This document shows positions 20,811-29,107 of a stretch of 64,000 nt of DNA, one piece after another. This stretch comes from Thermodesulfobacteriota bacterium (GTDB taxonomy: Bacteria > Desulfobacterota_D > UBA1144 > Nemesobacterales > JAJCZQ01), in NCBI GenBank assembly GCA_965215275.1, contig OZ244044.1, positions 608,001 through 672,000 on the forward strand, in the 5' to 3' direction. Both the position numbers and the translations under genes were made by a program. The notes under the pieces are model-generated. The model was not told where the DNA came from. It saw nothing but the letters and a program-made list of their open reading frames with translations, and ran no database searches. Each line of letters opens with the position of its first letter. Within the stretch, counting starts at the first letter, position 1.

Positions 20811-21989
20811 TCAGATCATCTTTACCCTCTCTGAAACGGTCTTGAATGCTTCAATCGCCAGATCAATGTGCTCCTTGTTATGTACCGCCATAATAGAGGT
20901 ACGTATCCTGCATTTGCCGGGAGGTACGGAAGGCGGCCTTACCGCTGGAGTGAACACCCCTTCCTTTATCAGCTGATCTGCAAATCTAAGCGCCGGTTCC
21001 GGCTCTCCTATCAGGATCGGAACAATGGCCGAACTTGAGAAAATGGTCCTCAGACCTATTTTCTCAATGCCTAATCTAAACCTGTGTATCATTTTCCACA
21101 GATGATCACGCCTGCTCTTCTCCTCAGCAATTATATCGATCGCCTCCATTGACGCGGCCAAGGAGGCAGGTGGAAGGGACGTGTCGAATATATAGCTTCT
21201 TACCCGGTTCCTGATAAGGTCCACCAAGTTCCTGCTTCCTGCAACGTATCCCCCTAACGACCCGACCGCCTTGGAAAGAGTTCCCATTACGACCGGCACC
21301 TTGTCCTCCACGTTAAAATGTTCCGTTGCACCACTGCCCCTTTCACCAAGGACGCCAGTGGCATGGGCCTCGTCAACCATGAGCATTGCACCGTACCTTT
21401 CACAGATCGCAGACAGCTGTTTCAGATCAACAAGGTCACCGTCCATACTGAATACCGTGTCAGTAACGACAAGTTTTTTACCCTTGCTTTCAGAATCCTT
21501 TATAAGCAAGGTCTTAAGTTCTTCAAGGTCAAGATGGGAATAAACTCGCAAATCTGCCTTTGACAGTCTGCATCCGTCAATAATGGACGCGTGATTCAGC
21601 TGGTCACTGTAAACAAAATCGCCCTGACCTACCAGAGCGGAAATCGTGCCAACATTGGCAAGATAGCCTGAACTGAACAGTATGGCCGCCTGGGTATTTT
21701 TAAATCCGGCTATTTTTTCCTCAAGCTCCCGGTGCAGATCAGAACTGCCACTTACCAGCCTTGAACCACCGCTTCCGGTACCGTATTTTTCAAGAGCCGT
21801 CCTGGCAGCACTTATGACCCTCGGATCAACTGACAGACCCAGGTAGCTGTTCGAGGCAAAAAGTAAATACCTCCGTCCTCGTATCACTACTTCCGGGGTC
21901 TGACCTGACTGAAGTTCCGTAAGGGTCCTGAAGAGTTTCCTGTCGCAAATGTCCCTTAACTCTTCATCTATCCACTGCATACTTTCCAT
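20811..21989 (-). CDS. bioF: 8-amino-7-oxononanoate synthase
   Basis: SNSYLGL, NHASIIDG, DEAH, GTLSKA, RPPSVP. Confidence 0.95.
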   Translation of the reverse strand: MESMQWIDEELRDICDRKLFRTLTELQSGQTPEVVIRGRRYLLFASNSYLGLSVDPRVISAARTALEKYGTGSGGSRLVSGSSDLHRELEEKIAGFKNTQAAILFSSGYLANVGTISALVGQGDFVYSDQLNHASIIDGCRLSKADLRVYSHLDLEELKTLLIKDSESKGKKLVVTDTVFSMDGDLVDLKQLSAICERYGAMLMVDEAHATGVLGERGSGATEHFNVEDKVPVVMGTLSKAVGSLGGYVAGSRNLVDLIRNRVRSYIFDTSLPPASLAASMEAIDIIAEEKSRRDHLWKMIHRFRLGIEKIGLRTIFSSSAIVPILIGEPEPALRFADQLIKEGVFTPAVRPPSVPPGKCRIRTSIMAVHNKEHIDLAIEAFKTVSERVKMI

Positions 21990-22000
21990 AGTTTAAAAGA

Positions 22001-23494
22001 TCAGTCGATGCCTTCCGTGGCCTCTTTTATGGACTTATAAGTCACCTGGACGAGTTTTTTCAGATCGTCCATGGGTATTCCTACCGGAGGCATCAATACC
22101 ACTACGTCGCCAAGAGGTCTTATAAGCACCTCATCCTCCAGAGCCTTGTCGGCAACTTTCCAGCCCATTTTCAGACCCGGCTTAAATCGTTCACCGGTTT
22201 TTTTATCCTTTACCAGCTCAATACCGACCATAAATCCCTTGTTCCTGACGTTACCCACGTGATCCAAAGACAAAAACTCCTTGAGCTCGTCTTCAAGGAA
22301 CTCTATCTTATCCCGAAGTTCTTCAAGAACGTTATTGTTCCTGAAGGCCTCAAGGTTTCCCTTGGCCGCGGCACACGATAAGGGATTTCCCGCATAGCTG
22401 TGCCCGTGATAAAACGTTTTATACTCCTCGTAACTTCCCAGAAATTCATCATAGATATCCTGAGTCGTTATCGTGGCAGAAAGAGGCAGATAACCTCCGG
22501 TCAGCCCTTTGCCAAGAACTAAAATATCCGGAGTAACGTCCTCATGCTCGCAGGCGAACATCTTTCCCGTTCTGCCAAACCCGGTGGCAACTTCGTCCAG
22601 TATCATTAAAACGTCATACATGTCACAGTACTCCCTGACCCTTTTGAGATAGCCTTCAGGAGAAACTATCATTCCTCCAGCAGCCTGGACGTAAGGTTCC
22701 ATAATGACCGCCGCGATTTCCTCGTTGTTTTTCTCAAGGAGACTTCCGAGTTCATCGGCACAGGCAATATCACACTCCGGATAGGTCTTGTTAAGCGGAC
22801 ATCTGTAACAGTAATACGAAGGAGCTTTGAAAGACTCGAACAGAAGAGGCTTGAAAGTGGAATGGAACAGGTCAATTCCACCTACCGAGACCGCACCGAG
22901 CGTATCTCCGTGGTAGCCATTTTCCAGATGTACGAACCTGATCTTATTTTCCTTACCCTTGTGCTGCCAGTACTGAAAGGCCATTTTAATGGCCACTTCA
23001 ACCGCAGAAGCTCCATCACCTGAATAAAAGACCTTCTTCAGTCCAGAGGGACATATATCAATTATCTCTTTTGCCAGTTCCGCAGCAGGCGGGTTCGTAA
23101 CGCCCAGAAGCGTACTGTGAGCAAGGGTCTTTATCTGTTCATTTATGGCATCATCAATTTCAGGGACCTTATGACCGTGGACATTTACCCATAAGGATGA
23201 AACACCATCTATATATTTTTTTCCTTTGGAGTCAATAAGATAAGCCCCGTCCGAATCCTCAATAACGATCGGGTCTTTTTCCTCATATTCCTTCATCTGG
23301 GTAAAGGGATGCCAGATGTGGTCCTTATCATATTTGCTGATCTTTTTCGTGCTATCTGACATTTTGAGAAACTGTAAAAGTAAGTCCCGTAGGTAATGTA
23401 GGAGACTGATCTTGTTCGTACTATCCGACATTTTGAAAGTCATCTGTTCAAATTTCTTATCTTTACGACTGATCTTGTTCGTACTATCCGACAT
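22001..23494 (-). CDS. bioA: Adenosylmethionine-8-amino-7-oxononanoate aminotransferase; native-length start probably 23362, two further in-frame starts from the repeat array
   Basis: HIWHPFTQM, SLWVNVHGH, YHGDT, DEVATGFGRTG, GKGLTGGY, HGHSY. Confidence 0.95.
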   Translation of the reverse strand: MSDSTNKISRKDKKFEQMTFKMSDSTNKISLLHYLRDLLLQFLKMSDSTKKISKYDKDHIWHPFTQMKEYEEKDPIVIEDSDGAYLIDSKGKKYIDGVSSLWVNVHGHKVPEIDDAINEQIKTLAHSTLLGVTNPPAAELAKEIIDICPSGLKKVFYSGDGASAVEVAIKMAFQYWQHKGKENKIRFVHLENGYHGDTLGAVSVGGIDLFHSTFKPLLFESFKAPSYYCYRCPLNKTYPECDIACADELGSLLEKNNEEIAAVIMEPYVQAAGGMIVSPEGYLKRVREYCDMYDVLMILDEVATGFGRTGKMFACEHEDVTPDILVLGKGLTGGYLPLSATITTQDIYDEFLGSYEEYKTFYHGHSYAGNPLSCAAAKGNLEAFRNNNVLEELRDKIEFLEDELKEFLSLDHVGNVRNKGFMVGIELVKDKKTGERFKPGLKMGWKVADKALEDEVLIRPLGDVVVLMPPVGIPMDDLKKLVQVTYKSIKEATEGID

Positions 23495-23502
23495 TTTGAA
23501 AG
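23335..23502 (-). repeat. Three 36-bp direct repeats (two identical, one degenerate) with unique 27- and 33-bp spacers over the bioA start
   Basis: Plus-strand GACTGATCTTGTTCGTACTATCCGACATTTTGAAAG at 23404-23439 and 23467-23502; degenerate copy at 23335-23370. Confidence 0.85.
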
Positions 23503-23546
23503 CTATAACGAACCGTCCAGGTTAACAAAGCCATAGATCTCTGTAA

Positions 23547-24032
23547 TCAGTAGATCTCATGCCTTTCAGGTTTCACCTTTATAACGAGCGTCCCTGCGAT
23601 CATATCGTGTAAACCCTGTTTTCTCTTCGTAAAACCGATCATTAAAAAACCGATGCAGAGAATTAATGCGGAAAGTATCTTTGCAAAGAACCGTCCAGTC
23701 GCCCTGGCAAAAGACACGCGATTACCCTCTCCATCAACGACCTTCAGACTCAAGATCCTTTTCCCAACGGTCGCCTGCCAGGATGATGAGATCAGTACGG
23801 CCTCATAGATCCAGCCAATCAGAAAAGTCCATGAGGTAAATATGGATTCCTGTAAACCGTCAGGCAGTTCAAAGAAACCCGTTCCGATAAAAACCACGGC
23901 AAAGATCAAACACAGGAATACTGCAATAACAAACTGTATAACAGAATCAATGACGTGAGCTACGAAACGTCTGAAGAAACCGCCGAACTTGGTGGTATCC
24001 CCTACTTTATACCCCGTCTCTTGTGGGTTCAT
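23547..24032 (-). CDS. RDD-family membrane protein
   Basis: GFFRRFVAHVID, QATVGKR, QGLHDMIAGT. Confidence 0.9.
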   Translation of the reverse strand: MNPQETGYKVGDTTKFGGFFRRFVAHVIDSVIQFVIAVFLCLIFAVVFIGTGFFELPDGLQESIFTSWTFLIGWIYEAVLISSSWQATVGKRILSLKVVDGEGNRVSFARATGRFFAKILSALILCIGFLMIGFTKRKQGLHDMIAGTLVIKVKPERHEIY

Positions 24033-24056
24033 ATCTTTTCTACCTTAAGACCAGTT

Positions 24057-25046
24057 CTAATTACTTATATCGGTCCTTACAGGCATCTGCAGATCATCAA
24101 GCATTTTCAGGTCTTCTTCAGGAGACCTTCCCGGGGTCGTCAGATAGTTACCAAGTATCATTGCATTTGCACCCGCCACAAGTCCCATCGCCTGAAGGTC
24201 CCTGAGCGTTACCTCTCGTCCTCCAGCCGTCATGATGATCTTATCAGGAAGCACGAGCCTGTAAACAGATATCATCTTGACCGCGTCAAATGGAGATATC
24301 TGCTCGTAATCCCTGAAAGGCGTTCCAGGTCTTGGATTGAGAAAATTAATAGGTACCCAGGTCGGGTCCAGGTCCCTTATCTCGAATGCAAACTCAATTC
24401 TCTGCTGAACGCTCTCGCCCATACCCAGAATTCCTCCTGAACACAGGTGCATTCCGGCGTTCTTTACGTATTTTGCGGTCTGCATCCTGTCATCGTAAGT
24501 ATGGGTAGTGCAGATACTTGGGAAGTGACTGCGGCACGTTTCCATATTATGATTGTATCTCCATACCCCATGTTCGCTCAGTACGTTCGCCTGGTCCTCA
24601 GTAAGTTCCCCTAACGAACAGCCGACCTTCAGGTTCGTTTTTTCAACCAGAAGATCAACTGCTTCAAGGACCTTTTTGAATATTCTCGGCGTGGGACCCT
24701 TTGCACTTATAACGATACAAAAATCCATCGCTCCCATTTCTTCAGCTTGCCTGGCGGCACGAAGTATCCTTTCAGCCGCCATTAACGGATGAGCCTCGAC
24801 CTCCGTGTCATAGTGTGCCGACTGAGAACAAAAAGAGCAGTCCTCGGGACAGTTGCCGGTCTGTGCGCTAATGATCGACCTTAGAAACACACCGTCTCCC
24901 TTGTACTTTAAGGTTACTTTCCGTGCCAACGATATTAGATCGGGAACTTCGTTCTTTGGCAGTTCCACAAGTGCCAGTGCCTCTTCAAAATCAATTGGCT
25001 CTTTTTTATTTAATAACTTGTCTGAAACAGATCCTAAAACGTTAAT
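24057..25046 (-). CDS. bioB: Biotin synthase (start possibly ATT at 25046; ORF track uses GTG at 24968)
   Basis: Radical SAM motif CPEDCSFC, YNHNMET, CSGGILGMGE, PINFL, GNYLTT; GGAGG 7 nt before the ATT. Confidence 0.93.
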   Translation of the reverse strand: MNVLGSVSDKLLNKKEPIDFEEALALVELPKNEVPDLISLARKVTLKYKGDGVFLRSIISAQTGNCPEDCSFCSQSAHYDTEVEAHPLMAAERILRAARQAEEMGAMDFCIVISAKGPTPRIFKKVLEAVDLLVEKTNLKVGCSLGELTEDQANVLSEHGVWRYNHNMETCRSHFPSICTTHTYDDRMQTAKYVKNAGMHLCSGGILGMGESVQQRIEFAFEIRDLDPTWVPINFLNPRPGTPFRDYEQISPFDAVKMISVYRLVLPDKIIMTAGGREVTLRDLQAMGLVAGANAMILGNYLTTPGRSPEEDLKMLDDLQMPVRTDISN

Positions 25047-25252
25047 TGTAGTGCCTCCAGTAAAATTATAGTTTTATACCCGCAAACAAAACAGGCAGAT
25101 GATCAAAATGTCTTAAAGGTGTTTTAGTTTATCACAATTTTCAGGAATTGCTTATTATTTAACCAGTGAATTTGAAAATCATACAGGACTGCAGGTTGGA
25201 GGTTGGAAGAATTTCTGACAAATTAATGCTTAAACATCGCAGATTATGTAAA

Positions 25253-25325
25253 ACATGTAAAAAAAATCGCAAAATCTTTACACGTTTTGAAAATATGTAA
25301 AAAAAACAGAGAAATCTTTACATGT
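25253..25325. promoter_or_regulatory. Two tandem TGTAAA-N15-TTTACA dyads (40-bp period) upstream of bioB; BirA-operator-like
   Basis: Dyads at 25256-25282 and 25296-25322. They resemble the TGT(A/T)AAC..GTT(T/A)ACA BirA site but lack the inner C/G. Confidence 0.4.
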
Positions 25326-25429
25326 TATGGGAACCTTGCTCGTCCGTTAATATATTCAATAAAGGAATTATATACTTAATTACCAAAAAACTCAGACTAC
25401 TTCTCTGCACTAGCGTTAAAGTTTTGAAC

Positions 25430-25880
25430 AGATCTTTTCAGTATGAGATATCATTTATACACTTGACATTCGTTCATAATACGAAGTGAAATATCAATGT
25501 TATGAAAAGTTCAAATATAAAAACGAGTAGTTCCATTACCCCCCCCCATCTAAATCAGTCCTTACCTTGGTCTTATTTCTTCTGTGCTTTATGCCCATAG
25601 GTGCATATGGTCATATCAAAGCTAATTATTGTGAGTCCAGTGAAACTGCACTGACAGTGGATGGAACTGCACACGATGGAAGTTTTGAGAGTCCCGGGGG
25701 ATGAGATTATTTTCAGAGATACATGTCTCATATAAAAACATAGCAACGCAGTTCTTTCCAAAGTATTGAACGGACTGAAATTTTCTCGTCAGAATATCCG
25801 CCGGCTGCTAACGTCATGTCTGTAGTTTATATCTTCAATGGAAAAGATATGTACCCCCTTATTGACAGTAAAACTCAAGA
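25430..25880 (+). pseudogene. Internally deleted stub of the surface-protein cassette (copy C)
   Basis: TTGACA at 25463, ATG 25502, C9 at 25539-25547, signal-like LTLVLFLLCFMPIGAYG, LTVDGTAHDGSFES, then TCTCATATAAAAACATAG and a 3' flank matching the ends of 20606 and 57700. Confidence 0.8.
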
Positions 25881-26153
25881 GAGAATTATAGCCTGGTTTT
25901 CTTTTATTAATTCGTTGAGGAGAACGGATGTATTATCGTGTATTGAATTAATAAACTATTTATCAACATCTTTGAGTCTCGTGTTTGGAAAAAATTTTTT
26001 CTCCGAAAACAATTATTTAACTTATCAAGTTATCCTTATAATTTTCATATTTTATTAAAAATTGAGCAATAAGTAACTTGATTATTCCTTAATAGAATTT
26101 TTAGAAAAAGAGAAGAAACTGTGTTTTTGATTGTTGAAATAGTAAAAATTGTT

Positions 26154-26876
26154 TTAGGGTTGTTTTTTGTGGATGGGACTATAATTATCTTCCAAAATAC
26201 TCAGTATATTCTGAAATTTCTTAGGAGGGATTTTTTTCACAAAACACCTATATACTTTGTAATGAGAACCACAATCTCTAAATTTTTTCTGACTACCGCA
26301 AAAACACAAATGGTGCCCCCTATTATGATTTTTCCCTGAGCAAATTTTAATAAAATCCTTTATTTGTTCAATAGAAGTATTTTTGCCTAATTTTTCCTTA
26401 TAAAACTCTGTAATACTTTTCTTTTTATCATGTGGGTATTCCCCAAATATCCAACCTTCCTTTACCCTACTAAAGTAGGATTGAGAAAAAAAGAACGGAT
26501 AAACTAAGTTGTCAATGAAACTTTTAAAAGGAGCATCCAGATCAATTCTCATCCACTGTTCTTCATCCATTCCTAAACAACAAACACCATCAGTATAAAA
26601 ATGTTTATTGGCATTTTTATCTTTTATTCTATTTCCAGATTCTAGAACCCTAGGCAAACTTTTTGGAAAGTTTTTATAGAAAATTAGTTGAATTTCAAAA
26701 TCATCTATATGAATTTTATCCGCATAAACTCCAAGACGACCAGAAATAATTAAATTTCCGTCCTTATCACAAGAATTTTTTATTCTTTGAAAAAAACGAT
26801 GATCCTGCGATTCCTTTATTATCTTGTGATAATATTTATTATTTACTATAATCTCCTCCATAAAGCTTTGGACCAA
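26154..26876 (-). CDS. Prokaryotic E2/UBC-like protein with C-terminal SEC-C metal-binding motif (CBASS accessory; start uncertain)
   Basis: FPKSLPRV...KHFYTDGVCCLG E2-like core; LCFCGSQKKFRDCGSH; directly downstream of the CD-NTase. Confidence 0.7.
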   Translation of the reverse strand: MVQSFMEEIIVNNKYYHKIIKESQDHRFFQRIKNSCDKDGNLIISGRLGVYADKIHIDDFEIQLIFYKNFPKSLPRVLESGNRIKDKNANKHFYTDGVCCLGMDEEQWMRIDLDAPFKSFIDNLVYPFFFSQSYFSRVKEGWIFGEYPHDKKKSITEFYKEKLGKNTSIEQIKDFIKICSGKNHNRGHHLCFCGSQKKFRDCGSHYKVYRCFVKKIPPKKFQNILSILEDNYSPIHKKQP

Positions 26877-27873
26877 TCACAGCAGTACCTGATTTTACTG
26901 CTGCATCCATAGCAGATATTTTTCTTTGTTTATCGTTGTGGTCTTCTTCCAAAGGAAAATCCTCTCCAAACTGTTCTATTAAAATCTTGCAAGCCTTTTC
27001 TAAACTCTTTTCATTAATTGCTTTCTCTAAAGCTTCATCAAGTTTAGCGAATCTATCAATAAGGTTAGTCATCCCTTCGTCACTAATTTTACCAAAAACA
27101 TCTTCATCTTTAGTAGGGGGTTTTTTTACAGTAATTCTTGAGCTATTTATAGAAATTACAACACTTCTTAAAGCCTCTATATCACTAAGGTTGTCATCAG
27201 AATCAAAAACAGGCTTTTTAAGTTCTTCTATACATAAAAGAAGCAATGCTAAGCCAATGGGTTTGTCATCACTTTCGTTCGGTATTGCTTTATCATTCCA
27301 CCTTTTTAAATAACGAACAACTCTTTGTAATTGATCTGAACCACTGCTATCGTTAGAGTCGCTAAAAGGTTTTCGAGCATCTTTAATGTATTTCTTTAAA
27401 GCTTTAGGGTCTGCAGGTTTCCAAGTCCAATTTTTATGAGCAAGGTTAAAATTTTCACTCTCTTGAGAGTCATTGCTTGCATAACAAACAAGATCAACAT
27501 GGTAACCCGCTCTATAACGTACACGAATGCAAGCCCCTTTCTCTTCTACATTTTTAGTGTGATTTTTAATAGCATCCAAAACCCACTTGCGTACTTTTTC
27601 TGCTTTATAACCGTCTTCTGCGCTATAATCGTCAGACTCTATATCAAAGACTAAACCAACATCAATATCATATTCTTGATCATCAGAAATTGGCTTTATT
27701 CCTACTCCATAAATATAGCTTCCTTGGTTAAGTAGCTCTGGAACAGGTTTTTCCTGCTCCTGAAGAGATTCTTTTATTTCGTTAAACAAAATATCTCTTT
27801 TTTCTTTTAATTCGTCTTTTTCCACTTTTATATCTTTGTGGAAGCTTTCAAACTGTTTTTGTAAATTGGCCAT
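26839..27873 (-). CDS. cGAS/DncV-like nucleotidyltransferase (CBASS cyclase)
   Basis: NQGSY..G, EYDIDVGLV, YHVDLV, VRYLKRWND, FGEDFP; ATG at 27873 follows AAGGAGGT. Confidence 0.9.
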   Translation of the reverse strand: MANLQKQFESFHKDIKVEKDELKEKRDILFNEIKESLQEQEKPVPELLNQGSYIYGVGIKPISDDQEYDIDVGLVFDIESDDYSAEDGYKAEKVRKWVLDAIKNHTKNVEEKGACIRVRYRAGYHVDLVCYASNDSQESENFNLAHKNWTWKPADPKALKKYIKDARKPFSDSNDSSGSDQLQRVVRYLKRWNDKAIPNESDDKPIGLALLLLCIEELKKPVFDSDDNLSDIEALRSVVISINSSRITVKKPPTKDEDVFGKISDEGMTNLIDRFAKLDEALEKAINEKSLEKACKILIEQFGEDFPLEEDHNDKQRKISAMDAAVKSGTAVIGPKLYGGDYSK

Positions 27874-28982
27874 GGGTACCTCCTTCTGGTAAGTCATTTA
27901 AGTTAATAAAAATATTTTTTAATATATTGAGTTTTGTATCTTCAGTTTCATTACAGGTTTTACCATAAATCTCCTTTCCGTCTTCTGCTCCCAAGCTAAT
28001 TAAAGTATTACAGGCTTCTTTGGTTGCCTTATCAAGACCAATAACTTTTTCTTGAGCAGAAGATAAACACCTTTGTGGTAGTCTATAAATAGATACCTTC
28101 TTTCCTAAAGCTGACAATCTCTTCTCTAGGAAATTACATATAAATTCAACATTCTTAGCTTGAGCGTTCCCCGAAATTTCTAATATATCAACTCCCCAAC
28201 CCCAGTCTATAATACCTTTTTCTACATTCTCATCTTTAAGAGTTTCTCCAAAACTGGCTGGGCAGGTTCCAATTGAAATAATATCTATAGGCTGATTTTT
28301 ATCTGAAATCTCTAAAGCTTCAATCAAACCCATTAGTGTTGGATTATTTGCCCAAATACCCCCATCAACAAAATGTTCTGTTACATTTGAATTATCTGGT
28401 TCAGGAATAGCTACTACAGGGAAAATAATTGGTGCAGCTGAAGTAGCAAGACAAACATCTGCTAAATTCCTTTTATTATCAGCATGTTTTTTGGGATTGT
28501 GAGGAGTTTTAAATACTCTTGGCGAATAGTCCACCAGTTTAATTGATGCAATACAAAGTCCTATTTTCCTTCGAGTATAAATTTGTTCAATTGTTTCGTC
28601 TTTAAAGAGTTCTTCTAATATAACTCTTAAATGCTTATTTTCATTTGCTGGTTTTTTTTATATGACAAAAAGCCCAAATAATTTTTCTTAAAAAATTATT
28701 TGGTACCGGAGATTTAAAAATATTTTTTCCTTCTTTGTAATAAATTTCAATGATTTTATCAATCTCAATGCCTGCAACAAGACCTGCTGCTAGAATGCCA
28801 CCTGTACTTGTTCCAACTATCAGGTCAAAACCTTTGCCTATATCCTTATTGCTTGATTTGCAAAACCTCTCAGAAAGGGATTTTAGCAATGATGCAGTAT
28901 AGAGACCCCTCATTCCTCCACCATCTAAAGAAAGCACTCTATAAGGCTTAAAGTGTTCTTTGTCTTTTAATTTTTCATACAT
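27848..28982 (-). pseudogene. Patatin-like phospholipase CBASS effector (CapV-like), split by a +1 frameshift in an A8 run
   Basis: 5' part has LSLDGGGMRG and GTSTGG; 3' part has ATSAAP and FVDGGIWANNP. Removing one base from T8 at 28652-28659 fuses them into 377 aa. Confidence 0.85.
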
Positions 28983-29107
28983 TACACTACCCCTATGCTT
29001 GAAACCATATTGCCTAAATAAACAAATTTTTCTCTTGAAATATCATTGTTTTTGTTATAACATATAATTATACCTTATTGGCATATTAAAATCAAGGAAG
29101 GCTTGCT

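Noticed and set aside
23335..23502. Firm call of a CRISPR array
   Set aside because: Only three repeats, uneven spacers, no cas genes, and the repeat encodes the BioA N-terminus. Kept as a repeat and a finding.
25573..26339. ORFs 25573..25761, 25816..26058 and 26121..26339
   Set aside because: Antisense to, or inside, the cassette stub, its flank and the E2-like gene; no coding signal.
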